Positions 16,944 through 25,448 of a stretch of 44,288 bases of DNA are shown piece by piece. A program made the translations under genes and the position numbers. Position 1 is the first letter of the stretch, and each line of letters begins with the position of its first letter. Origin of the DNA: a virus; IMG/VR virus record IMGVR_UViG_3300045996_000964, positions 1-44,288 of that record. One strand, given 5' to 3'. The notes under the pieces are model-generated. The model saw only the letters and a list, made by a program, of their open reading frames with translations, made no database searches and was not told the origin of the DNA.

Positions 16944-17321
16944 CTATCCTTCCAAGAAGGCCTGCACATTCGCACGTACGGACGGCAGATCCCTTGTTTC
17001 GCACTCCCATAGCACCAGGACTGTCCAGCCAGACTCCTCGAGACGCGCCCTGAACAGACCATCTCTCTCAACGTTTCTTGCCAGCTTTTCGCGCCAGTAT
17101 GCGGCATTCGATGCAGGGAGCCTTCCGTCCCTGCAGGCCGGGTTCGGATGCTGGTGCCAGAAGCAGCCGTGAACAAAGATTGCCTTGCGCCTCCCTTGGA
17201 ACACCAGGTCCGGTGTGCCGGGCAGATCGCGCCTGTGTAGGCGATATCGGTACCCCATGTGGTGCACGAGCCGGCGCACAGTGAGTTCAGGCTTGGTGTC
17301 CCGACTCCGGATGGCGCTCAT
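16944..17321 (-). CDS. vsr: very short patch repair endonuclease (Vsr)
   Basis: RSRDTKPE, FVHGCFWHQH, NVERD and VLVLWECE match E. coli Vsr blocks. The upstream in-frame EQRSAN suggests the true start may be a non-ATG codon a few codons upstream. Confidence 0.9.
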   Translation of the reverse strand: MSAIRSRDTKPELTVRRLVHHMGYRYRLHRRDLPGTPDLVFQGRRKAIFVHGCFWHQHPNPACRDGRLPASNAAYWREKLARNVERDGLFRARLEESGWTVLVLWECETRDLPSVRANVQAFLEG

Positions 17322-17439
17322 ATTCGCGCTGCGTTGCTCTGAGGTTACGCGATCCAGACCACTTACCCTTCAACCTGAGCTTGACTCTGCCCCGAAGTGG
17401 TGCATCATGATTCATGCTGATGACGTCCGGAGTACGATC

Positions 17440-18711
17440 ATGAAACCAGCCTCAGCGTCGCTCTGCAAGCGAGAGGAGGTGTGGTCATTTTTCTCAGGAG
17501 CTATGGGCCTCGACCTCGGCCTCGAGCAGGCGGGGATTAGCCCGACGCTTGCTAACGAAATAGACAGCAATTGCCTCGGTACGATCAAGGCAACTCGACC
17601 CGATCTCCAGGTTCTTACAGAAAGCATAAGCGACCTCACCTGCAAAAAATTGCGGCAGGCGCGCCAGTTTTATGATGACGTCTACCTCATAGTTGGAGGT
17701 CCTCCTTGTCAGAGCTTTTGTTCAGGCGGGAAGAGGACATCACTGCGGGATACGCGTGGAAATCTTATCTATGAGTTTCTTCGGCTGATCTCGGAGGTGC
17801 GGCCACGTTTTTTCGTCCTAGAGAATGTTGCAAACCTCACAACCGCAGCCCTACGCCACCGCCCCATCGCCGAGCGGCCAGGCCAGCACTGGAGCTTGAA
17901 GCGGTACGATACGGAATGGCAGGACGGTGACGGAGCCGCACGTCCCCTTGATCCAGACGAACGGTCTGGTTCCGCGATCCGCTGCATTCTTGCGGACGTA
18001 GAGGCGCTCGGGTACCACGTGGTCTTCGGCGTGCTGGATGCCGCAGACTACGGCGCGCCGCAGCACCGCCTCCGTTTTGTGATGCTAGGCTCGCGAGAAT
18101 GGCCCCCGCCGTCCTTGCCCAGACCAACTCATGGTAAGGTAGGTTCTGGACTGGCTCCGTTCCGAACTGTCGGTGAGACGATTATGCACCTTAGGGACAA
18201 CCCTGGACCAGGTTCGGAGTATACGCCCGAGGTCAGGCGCTTTTTCTCGCTCGTGCCTCAGGGAGGGAATTGGCGCTCACTTCCGCGAAATCTACAACCT
18301 GATGCGCTTGGAGGTTCCTGGGCTGCGGGAGGTGGTAAGACAGGGTTCTACCGCCGGCTTGCCTGGGACACACCTGCTCCGACGATCACCGGTCGAGCTA
18401 ACCGGAAAGGTAGCGCCCTCTGCCATCCAGAGTTCGACCGCCCACTTTCTGTTCGGGAATGTGCCGCTCTGCAGGGCTTCCCAGGGGATTGGGAATTCGC
18501 CGGCTCCATGAACCCTCAGTACATGCAGGTTGGCAACGCCGTGCCGGTGGCGCTTGGCAGGGCTATCGGGGCGGCCATCCTACGACATGAAATGGAAGCT
18601 AGCTTACCAGCTGACCGCCGCGGACTGGACGTGAACGTCATGATGGCCACGGCCGTGGGGAGGCTCCGCGCCGCAGCCCGGAACAAGGTTAGCCGGCAGG
18701 CGGTAGCGTAG
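17440..18711 (+). CDS. DNA (cytosine-5)-methyltransferase
   Basis: Motif I FSGAMGLDLG, motif IV GGPPCQSFC, motif VI ENV, motif VIII QHRLRF, motif IX RECAALQGFP, motif X GNAVPV. GGAG lies 8 nt upstream of ATG 17440, and ATG 17407 is an alternative. Confidence 0.95.
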   Translation: MKPASASLCKREEVWSFFSGAMGLDLGLEQAGISPTLANEIDSNCLGTIKATRPDLQVLTESISDLTCKKLRQARQFYDDVYLIVGGPPCQSFCSGGKRTSLRDTRGNLIYEFLRLISEVRPRFFVLENVANLTTAALRHRPIAERPGQHWSLKRYDTEWQDGDGAARPLDPDERSGSAIRCILADVEALGYHVVFGVLDAADYGAPQHRLRFVMLGSREWPPPSLPRPTHGKVGSGLAPFRTVGETIMHLRDNPGPGSEYTPEVRRFFSLVPQGGNWRSLPRNLQPDALGGSWAAGGGKTGFYRRLAWDTPAPTITGRANRKGSALCHPEFDRPLSVRECAALQGFPGDWEFAGSMNPQYMQVGNAVPVALGRAIGAAILRHEMEASLPADRRGLDVNVMMATAVGRLRAAARNKVSRQAVA

Positions 18712-18730
18712 AAGCCTGACCTGAACCCGC

Positions 18731-19921
18731 ATGGTCGAATTCCTGCCGTCCAACCATGCTGTCCAGCGCATCAACCGGGAGGTGCAAGCCAGTCTTGTCC
18801 ACGTACAGCAGAATGCGTTCACGAGAGCGTTCCCGGACGCGCATGCATACTGCACCCGTGTGCTGGAGGACCTCAGGATCGGCATACCGTTGCCAGAAGA
18901 ACTGCGCGACAAGCCCGCGACGGATGTCTCCGATCTGACGTTCGCCGATCTTGAGAAGCTCTGGTCACAGTTAGTCAGGGCCGCAGGAACACAAGAACCC
19001 GGAGCTGGCATGCTCGCAGCCAGCTTAGCGCAACATTCACAGCTGCTGCGTGCATTCGAGGACCCCGCTTCCATGCTCGAATGGACCCTTACGAAGGTAG
19101 CTGGGATCGTAGAGGGTCTCCCGAGAACGGACGCAGACATCGAAGTCGGCTCCAATCCTGGAGATGTCTTGGACCCTTTCATCCTGGCCGCGACGCAAGT
19201 GCTCCTCTACAGCGGGAACTTCGAAGAGGCGATAGGGGGCACCGTTGCCCATAAAGCGCTGATGATGTTAGAGGATATGATGGGCCACCTCCACGAGGAG
19301 GTTTTGGGCCGGATGCGCGGTAATATGAAGGCGCCGGAGCCGCGGGGTGAGAACCAGGAACTTTATGACGCCTTTCTGAACCCCTTTCCAGGGGCGGATA
19401 TCATCCAGCCCCCGTTGCAGGCTGGCGAACCGCTTCGGTTGCATCAGGTGAAAAGCAAGACCGGTACGTTGAACTCCAGCGGTGGAGCGCGTCTGGCGGA
19501 GCAAATGCGGCAACTCCGAATGCGTTACAGCAGCGCGGAGATATATTCACACTCCTTGGTCGGCAGAACATTAAGAGGGCACCGGTCTAAGGGCGGTATG
19601 CTGAGAGTGGAACCTCAACTAATTGTGACCGTGGGCGAGACAGCGTTCCGCATCCTCACAGGAAGTAGCAATGGTGCCGAACTCCTCCTGCGGCTGTACC
19701 AAAACGCGTTTCGGATCGCTGCTGAAAGGTCAGGGTATAACGTGGGAGCCACCGCGGCTTTGATCACCCAGGCCTTCAGAGCGAAGGCAGACGCCGCGGG
19801 CGAGGGCTTCCTGGAACTCATGCTCCACGAGGTCACGCGTGGCGAACCGCGGGACCAAGACAGCCGCACGTACCAGAGCAGGACTAGGAGATTCTCTCGG
19901 GCCCCGCGCAAGCAGACTTGA
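18731..19921 (+). CDS. putative type II restriction endonuclease partner of the methyltransferase (396 aa)
   Basis: It starts 20 nt after the MTase stop on the same strand, in the same lower-GC block. It has a weak PD-(D/E)xK-like GAD-x15-QVK, but no family was recognised by eye. Confidence 0.45.
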   Translation: MVEFLPSNHAVQRINREVQASLVHVQQNAFTRAFPDAHAYCTRVLEDLRIGIPLPEELRDKPATDVSDLTFADLEKLWSQLVRAAGTQEPGAGMLAASLAQHSQLLRAFEDPASMLEWTLTKVAGIVEGLPRTDADIEVGSNPGDVLDPFILAATQVLLYSGNFEEAIGGTVAHKALMMLEDMMGHLHEEVLGRMRGNMKAPEPRGENQELYDAFLNPFPGADIIQPPLQAGEPLRLHQVKSKTGTLNSSGGARLAEQMRQLRMRYSSAEIYSHSLVGRTLRGHRSKGGMLRVEPQLIVTVGETAFRILTGSSNGAELLLRLYQNAFRIAAERSGYNVGATAALITQAFRAKADAAGEGFLELMLHEVTRGEPRDQDSRTYQSRTRRFSRAPRKQT

Positions 19922-19987
19922 TCTGCTGCCCCGCCGTGGCATGTTGCGTTGTTGCGGCGATGTTGCATCCGGGTGCGGATGCTGCGT

Positions 19988-20074
19988 GCCGGGGTGGCGA
20001 AATTGGTAGACGCACTGGACTCAAAATCCAGCGCCCGCAAGGGCTTACGGGTTCGACTCCCGTCCCCGGCACCA
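19988..20074 (+). tRNA. tRNA-Leu(CAA), class II, with encoded CCA
   Basis: Acceptor stem GCCGGGG/CCCCGGC; anticodon stem CTGGA/TCCAG with loop CTCAAAA (anticodon CAA); long variable arm GCCC-GCAA-GGGC; T arm ACGGG-TTCGACT-CCCGT; 3' ACCA. Confidence 0.9.
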
Positions 20075-20212
20075 CCCTCGACAGTCTCAAAATCTATCGC
20101 GCCCAGCTACGCACCTCTCCAACTGATCCCCTAACGTAGGCTTTCTGCCGGCTCCAGCCGGTTCGGACAGCCTTGCCCTGCTCCTATGCACCTTGCCAAC
20201 AGAGTGCATCGG

Positions 20213-20868
20213 TGGATGGACATGTTGCGTAATTTGTTGCGCGTTCCCCTTCCGTTCCAACAGGAGATCGAGATGTCCAACCCGGAAGGCCTGGTTCGTT
20301 GCCACCGACGTGTGTCGCTGCCTGGGCATCTACCTGGGCAGCGATGGAAATGTTCGAACCGAGCGGGTGAGCATCGGCTCGCAGAGGACGAATGCCGGCT
20401 TTGGAAGACCCCCACCGTGAGTGGGGGACTTGATCCCCGCGTTTGGCAGCTCCTACTGGTCTCCCAGAGCGGCCTCTACAAACTGATCATGCGCTCCGAC
20501 AAGCCAGCCGCCCGCCGGTCCAGGACTGGGTCACCCGTGAGGTCCTGCCGGCGATCCGCAAGACCGGCGTCTACATCACCGACGAGGTGCGCGCGCAACA
20601 CCCCGAGGCAGTCGCCGAGTTCGAGGCTCGGCTCGTGGCCAAGCTCCCCGATGCGGACGTCTGGACCAGCCTCAACCGCTTCCTCAAGGCCAAGGGCATC
20701 GAGCTGCCCATGCGCGATTACTGGATGGCGGTAGGCCAGCTCACCGAGCGGACCAAGACCAAGAACGCCAAGCGCTTCGGCCGCCTGAACCACGACACCC
20801 TCCTCTTCAGCGTCGCCGAGCTGGAGGCGGGGCACACCGACGAGCGCGCGTACCCCGAAGCCGCCTGA
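20213..20868 (+). pseudogene. Bro-N / antirepressor-type gene disrupted by frameshifts
   Basis: Bro-N blocks lie in three different frames: WFVATDVCRCLGIY (frame of 20193), LLLVSQSGLYKLIMRSDKPAA (frame of 20186) and QDWVTREVLPAIRKTGVYITDE (frame of 20443). Restoring one T at about 20519 would give KPAARRFQDWVT. Confidence 0.7.
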
Positions 20869-20888
20869 TCCAGGGCCATTCGTGTGCC

Positions 20889-20902
20889 CTGAACTATCCA
20901 CA
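20889..20902 (+). promoter_or_regulatory. motif B copy (ctgaactATCCACa) upstream of the RNA polymerase gene
   Basis: 34 nt upstream of ATG 20935, preceded by the inverted repeat cagggc-N9-gccctg. Confidence 0.4.
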
Positions 20903-20934
20903 TTGCCATCACTTCCACTGTCGTGAGGTTCCCA

Positions 20935-23433
20935 ATGGACGACGCCCTCATGCAACGGCAGGCCGCCCTTGAGGCGGAGATGCAGGGGCTCGGGACTGAG
21001 CAGTTCCGGGCTCGGCTCGCCACCGCGCGAGAGAACCGCGAAGAGAGCACCACGCCCTACGGACTTGACATGGTCAGCCGGGCGATCGAGCCCCTGGCCC
21101 AGTCGATCGAGGCCTTCATCGAGAAGGCCATGACCGGCGGCCGTGGCCGCAGGCACAGCGCCGTCAAGCACCTGTCCCTGATCGACCCGCAGGTGGCCGC
21201 CTTCATCATCATGAAGGTGGTCCTCGACGGCATCACCAAGCCCAACACTCCGGCCTCCAAGGTGGCGATGGCGATCGGCTACCAGCTGGACAACGAGCTG
21301 CACTACCAGGCCTTCGAGCAGCAGCAGCCGAAGCTCTACGGCAAGGTCGCCGAGAGCGTGCGCCGGTCCTCGCACCGGGGCTACCGCGAGAAGGTGATGA
21401 CCTACGCCGCCAACAAGTACGGCACCACGTTCGCCGGCATGTCCCAGCAGGAGAAGCTGCACCTCGGTATGGCCTGCCTGGACATGATGATCGAGACGAC
21501 TGGCTTCGCGGTCATCGAGACCACGCAGCTCAGGAAGGAGTGCAAGGTCCACCTGGTCCCGACCGCGAAGGCTCTGGATTGGATCAACGCGACGGTCTCC
21601 CGGTGCGAGCTGCTCTCCCCCATGCTGTTGCCGATGCTCGTTCCACCTAAGCCCTGGACCAGCCCCAACGAGGGCGGTTACCACACCAACCACGTCCGAC
21701 GTCGCCTGCTCAAGACGTCGAGCGGGCTGAACGCCACCCTCAAGAAGATGGCCGACAACTGGGAGGGCATGGCCACGGTGCGCGAGGCGGTCGAGCGCAT
21801 CGACAGGACCGGCTGGCGCATCCGGCAAGACGTGCTGGAGGTGGCCCGCTGGTACTGGGACGCCGGCATCACGGTCGGCAAGCTCCCGCCTCGGGATGAC
21901 GTGGCTCTCCCTCCCTGTCCGGTCTGCGGCCAGCAGCCCACGGGTGACCACGAGCACCTCCGGGACGAGGAGATCAAGAAGCTCTGGAAGCGGGACGCCG
22001 CTCGCATCCACGGCTACAACGCCAAGCTCAAGTCGAAGCGGCTCCAGGCCGGGAAGATCCTCTGGCTCGCCGACAAGTTCAAGGACGAGCAGGCGATCTA
22101 CTTCCCGCACCAGCTCGACTTCCGCGGGCGGGTGTACCCCATGCCCCTGTTCCTCCAGCCACAGGGGAACGACCTGGCCAAGGGGCTGCTGACCTTCGCC
22201 AAGGGCAAGCTGATCCTCGACGAGGTCGCGGCCGGATGGCTCATGATCCACGGTGCCGGCACCTACGGCTACGATAAGGTGAGCCTGGACGGGCGCATCG
22301 GCTGGGTCGTGGAGAACGAGGCCCGCATCCTCGCCTGCGCCGACGACCCGATCGTGGAGCGGTGGTGGACCGAGGCCGACAAGCCCTGGCAGTTCCTCGC
22401 CTTCTGCAAGGAGTGGGCCAACTTCAAGGACGTCGGCTACGGCTTCGTCTCGACCCTTCCGATCTCCCTGGACGGCAGCTGCAACGGCCTCCAGCACTAC
22501 TCGGCCATGCTGCGAGACCCGAAGGGTGGCAAGGCGGTGAACCTGGTGCCGTCCAACAAGCCGGCCGACATCTACCAGGAGGTGGCCAACGTCACGCTGC
22601 ACAAGCTGCGCCGTATCGTATCCACGCCGGCCACTAATGGCGACGAGGAAGCCGAGCGGGTGCTGGCCCAGCAGTGGCTGGACTTCGGGGTCACCCGTAA
22701 GACGACCAAGCGGCCGGTCATGGTGGTGCCCTACAGCGGCACCCGCCACGCCTGCCGGCAGTACACCCAGGACCACATCGAGGAGGAAGTGGAGGCGCGC
22801 AAGCTGCGAGACCCGAGCTACGTCTCGCCGTGGCCGCTGGGTGAGCTTCTCCAGCCTACCCTGTTCCTGACGCGCCTCGTCTGGACCGCGATCGGGGAGG
22901 TGGTCGTGGCCGCAAGGAAGGCCATGGACTGGCTCAAGAAGGTATCGGCCGCGGTATCCAAGGCCAACCTGCCGATCGAGTGGGTGACCCCCGCGGGGTT
23001 CCCCGTTCACCAGGCCTACTACGACACCAAGTCCAGGAGGGTGTTCACCAGATTGGGCGACAACATCCTCATGCCCCGTCTCCAGGAGTACCTGCCCACC
23101 ATCAACGCGAGGGAGCAGGGTAACGCCTTCCCGCCCAACTTCGTCCACTCCCTCGACGCCGCCGCCCTCCAGCTCTCGGTCTGCTACGCGGCGGACAACG
23201 GGATCGAGGAGTTCGCCATGGTCCACGACAGCTACGGGTGCCCGGCGGCCGACGCTGAGATGCTCGGCCAGTGCCTCCGCCTGGCGTTCGTCGAGATGTA
23301 CCAGGAGAACAACGTGCTGGCTGACCTCAAGGCCAACGTCGAGGCAGCTCTCGGCTCGCCCCTCCCGGAGCCCCCGGCGATGGGCACGCTGGACCTGGAG
23401 CTGATCAAGCAGTCCGACTTCTTTTTCGCCTGA
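20935..23433 (+). CDS. T7-like single-subunit DNA-directed RNA polymerase
   Basis: About 832 aa. It contains the palm motif FAMVHDSYG and a C-terminal ...DFFFA like the T7 RNAP FAFA end. GAGG lies 6 nt upstream of ATG 20935, and the ORF is open from GTG 20923. Confidence 0.97.
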   Translation: MDDALMQRQAALEAEMQGLGTEQFRARLATARENREESTTPYGLDMVSRAIEPLAQSIEAFIEKAMTGGRGRRHSAVKHLSLIDPQVAAFIIMKVVLDGITKPNTPASKVAMAIGYQLDNELHYQAFEQQQPKLYGKVAESVRRSSHRGYREKVMTYAANKYGTTFAGMSQQEKLHLGMACLDMMIETTGFAVIETTQLRKECKVHLVPTAKALDWINATVSRCELLSPMLLPMLVPPKPWTSPNEGGYHTNHVRRRLLKTSSGLNATLKKMADNWEGMATVREAVERIDRTGWRIRQDVLEVARWYWDAGITVGKLPPRDDVALPPCPVCGQQPTGDHEHLRDEEIKKLWKRDAARIHGYNAKLKSKRLQAGKILWLADKFKDEQAIYFPHQLDFRGRVYPMPLFLQPQGNDLAKGLLTFAKGKLILDEVAAGWLMIHGAGTYGYDKVSLDGRIGWVVENEARILACADDPIVERWWTEADKPWQFLAFCKEWANFKDVGYGFVSTLPISLDGSCNGLQHYSAMLRDPKGGKAVNLVPSNKPADIYQEVANVTLHKLRRIVSTPATNGDEEAERVLAQQWLDFGVTRKTTKRPVMVVPYSGTRHACRQYTQDHIEEEVEARKLRDPSYVSPWPLGELLQPTLFLTRLVWTAIGEVVVAARKAMDWLKKVSAAVSKANLPIEWVTPAGFPVHQAYYDTKSRRVFTRLGDNILMPRLQEYLPTINAREQGNAFPPNFVHSLDAAALQLSVCYAADNGIEEFAMVHDSYGCPAADAEMLGQCLRLAFVEMYQENNVLADLKANVEAALGSPLPEPPAMGTLDLELIKQSDFFFA

Positions 23434-23443
23434 TCCATCCATA
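23430..23443 (+). promoter_or_regulatory. motif B variant (ctgatccATCCATa); its TGA is the RNAP stop codon
   Basis: Immediately upstream of motif A copy 2. Confidence 0.3.
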
Positions 23444-23469
23444 TAGTCATCAGATGCCGCGGTGGCAGG

Positions 23470-23493
23470 GCGAATTACCTTGCCACTCAGCCC
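23470..23493 (+). promoter_or_regulatory. motif A copy 2: candidate phage RNA polymerase promoter (gcgaattaccttgccactcagccc)
   Basis: It has two mismatches to the 8958 and 33225 copies. It is the first element after the RNAP gene, the position of the first class II promoter in T7. Confidence 0.55.
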
Positions 23494-23512
23494 ACGCAAA
23501 ACGGAGATCATC

Positions 23513-23770
23513 ATGATCAACCGCGACCGCCTGAACTCGATGCCCCTCGTGACCGCTGGCGAGGCCACGATGGGTGCCCTCGACGGCATCCAGCGGTTCC
23601 CGCGTGAGGCACAGGTCCTCGCGTCGGCCGCCCTCTTCGTCCTGATGTGCGAGCGCTTCGGCCTCGACGTCCAGGACATGATGTCCGCCACCAGCAACCT
23701 GATGAACCACGCCTCGGGCCGCCGGCCGGAGTTCGCCGCCGTGGCCGCGTACATGGCAGGGGAGCTGTGA
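23513..23770 (+). CDS. hypothetical protein (85 aa)
   Basis: GGAG lies 7 nt upstream of ATG 23513. Confidence 0.6.
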   Translation: MINRDRLNSMPLVTAGEATMGALDGIQRFPREAQVLASAALFVLMCERFGLDVQDMMSATSNLMNHASGRRPEFAAVAAYMAGEL

Positions 23771-24108
23771 TGAACAGACGCATCCTCTCCTCCCTGCTGG
23801 CTATCTCCCTGGCCTCACTCGCCACCACCTGCACCGCCTCGGCGCCCGCCTTCGCTCAGGAGGCGGCTCCCACCCCCACCGCCCGCCCGGTGTGCGGCGA
23901 TCGTGCCGAGATCCTCAAGCGGCTCGAACAGCGCCACGACGAGACCCCGCAGGCGATGGGGTTGTCCGCCGATGGCGGCATCCTCGAAGTCCTGGTCTCC
24001 CCCGAGGGCGGCTGGACGATCCTCGTGACCTACCCCAAGCGCCCGACCTGCGTGGTCGCGGTGGGGCAGGCCTGGCAGACCCTCGCCATCGTGGGACAAG
24101 AAGCATGA
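23770..24108 (+). CDS. small secreted/periplasmic protein (112 aa) with signal peptide
   Basis: TGATG overlap with the upstream gene. The N-terminus is MNRRILSSLLAISLASLATTCTASAPAFA-QE and the mature part has two Cys. Confidence 0.6.
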   Translation: MNRRILSSLLAISLASLATTCTASAPAFAQEAAPTPTARPVCGDRAEILKRLEQRHDETPQAMGLSADGGILEVLVSPEGGWTILVTYPKRPTCVVAVGQAWQTLAIVGQEA

Positions 24109-24233
24109 TCGAGCGCCTGATCGACAAGGTCGTGACCCGCCTGATCGCAGGCGAGCCCGTGCCCATCACCTGGATCTTCGACCTCACCCAGGCAGGGGTC
24201 GACTACTCGGAACTCGAAGCGACCTACGGCTGA
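24105..24233 (+). CDS. hypothetical peptide (42 aa)
   Basis: ATGA overlap with the upstream stop. Confidence 0.4.
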   Translation: MIERLIDKVVTRLIAGEPVPITWIFDLTQAGVDYSELEATYG

Positions 24234-24263
24234 GCCGCCAGCCGGCCAGCCCTTCCGCACGCC

Positions 24264-24277
24264 CTGATGTATCCACG
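24264..24277 (+). promoter_or_regulatory. motif B copy (ctgatgtATCCACg)
   Basis: 19 nt upstream of the SSB ATG 24295. Confidence 0.4.
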
Positions 24278-24294
24278 TAAGGAACCATTCCACC

Positions 24295-24987
24295 ATGGCC
24301 GCACCGAAGAAGTCCAAGCCGCGCTACATCTCTTGTGAGGGAGTGGCCGTCTACCCGTGGCTCAACAAGCCCGACACCAAGTTCGTCCCGGCCGGCATGA
24401 CTGCCGAGGAGTGGGGCGGCGTCTTCAAGACCGGCCTGCGGGTGCCGAGCGCCGAGTTCGCCGGGTCGGCCTACCGGGACGGCCTGACCTTCAAGGCCTT
24501 CCTCGACCAGCTCGTCGACCAGTCCTTCGAGGAGGCTCGCACCGAGCACCCGAAGGATAAGAAGCTGATCAAGCGCACCTTCCCCTACAAGGACGAGACC
24601 GACGACGAGGGTGAGGACACAGGCAACGTCCTGATCAACTTCAAGCAGAACGCCCGTATCAAGCGGCGCGACGGCCAGGTGATTGAGGTCAAGATCCCGC
24701 TGTTCAACGCGCGGGGCGAGGCGATCACCGATGCCATCTACGGCGGCTCGATCATCAAGGTCGCCTTCACCGTCCGCAACACTTGGATGGCCAAGGACAA
24801 GGAGGCCGGTATCCGCCTCGACATCGCCGCCGTCCAGATCCTGAAGCTCGTCAAGACCAGCCGTTCGGCGTCCGACTTCGGCTTCGGCAACGAGGCCGGC
24901 TACGAGGACGAGGACGACGACGCGCCTGCGGGCAACGCCTTCGCCGGCAACGGCGGTGGGGACGCTGGCGACGAGGACGAGTTTTGA
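24295..24987 (+). CDS. single-stranded DNA-binding protein (T7 gp2.5-like)
   Basis: 230 aa. The acidic C-terminal tail ends in Phe (GGGDAGDEDEF), as in T7 gp2.5. The gene lies upstream of endonuclease I. Confidence 0.8.
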   Translation: MAAPKKSKPRYISCEGVAVYPWLNKPDTKFVPAGMTAEEWGGVFKTGLRVPSAEFAGSAYRDGLTFKAFLDQLVDQSFEEARTEHPKDKKLIKRTFPYKDETDDEGEDTGNVLINFKQNARIKRRDGQVIEVKIPLFNARGEAITDAIYGGSIIKVAFTVRNTWMAKDKEAGIRLDIAAVQILKLVKTSRSASDFGFGNEAGYEDEDDDAPAGNAFAGNGGGDAGDEDEF

Positions 24988-25436
24988 TGCCCAGCCAGCG
25001 CGCCGTCAGCCTGAAGTACGGGTGGCGCTCTGGCCTGGAGGAACGGGTAGCGAAGGAGCTGGCCTCGCAAGGGGCCGGCTTCTCCTACGAGGAGCTGACC
25101 GGGGAGTACGAGGTCCCACCGCGGCGAGCCCGCTACACGCCGGACTTCGTGCTCCTCAACGGGATCATCGTCGAGACCAAGGGCCGCTGGGTCACCGCCG
25201 ATCGGCAGAAGATCAGGCTGATCCGCACCCAGCACCCCGACCTCGACCTCCGCATGGTCTTCTCCAACTCCCGCACCCGTATCTCCAAGCAGAGCCAGAC
25301 CACCTACGCCGACTTCTGCCGCCACCTCGACATCCCCTTCGCCGACAAGGTGGTCCCCCTCGGGTGGCCCCTCGAACCCAACTGCCCGAAGCGCTGGGCC
25401 GCCATCGAGCGGTTCCGCCAGGAGGGGCGCCACTAA
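24987..25436 (+). CDS. endonuclease I / Holliday junction resolvase (T7 gp3-like)
   Basis: SGLEERVAKEL, YTPDFVLLNGIIVETKG, IRTQHPDLDLRMVFS and FADK align with T7 gp3 blocks. Confidence 0.9.
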   Translation: MPSQRAVSLKYGWRSGLEERVAKELASQGAGFSYEELTGEYEVPPRRARYTPDFVLLNGIIVETKGRWVTADRQKIRLIRTQHPDLDLRMVFSNSRTRISKQSQTTYADFCRHLDIPFADKVVPLGWPLEPNCPKRWAAIERFRQEGRH

Positions 25437-25448
25437 GAAGGGCAAGGC

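Larger units (their letters stand above)
13951..20074. mobile_element. integrase-associated accessory island (secreted protein, regulator, integrase, R-M cassette, tRNA-Leu)
   Basis: It contains two of the three reverse-strand genes (the third is at 38732-39376), the only recombinase, and lower-GC segments. It interrupts the early-genes-to-RNAP order of T7-like genomes. Confidence 0.45.
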
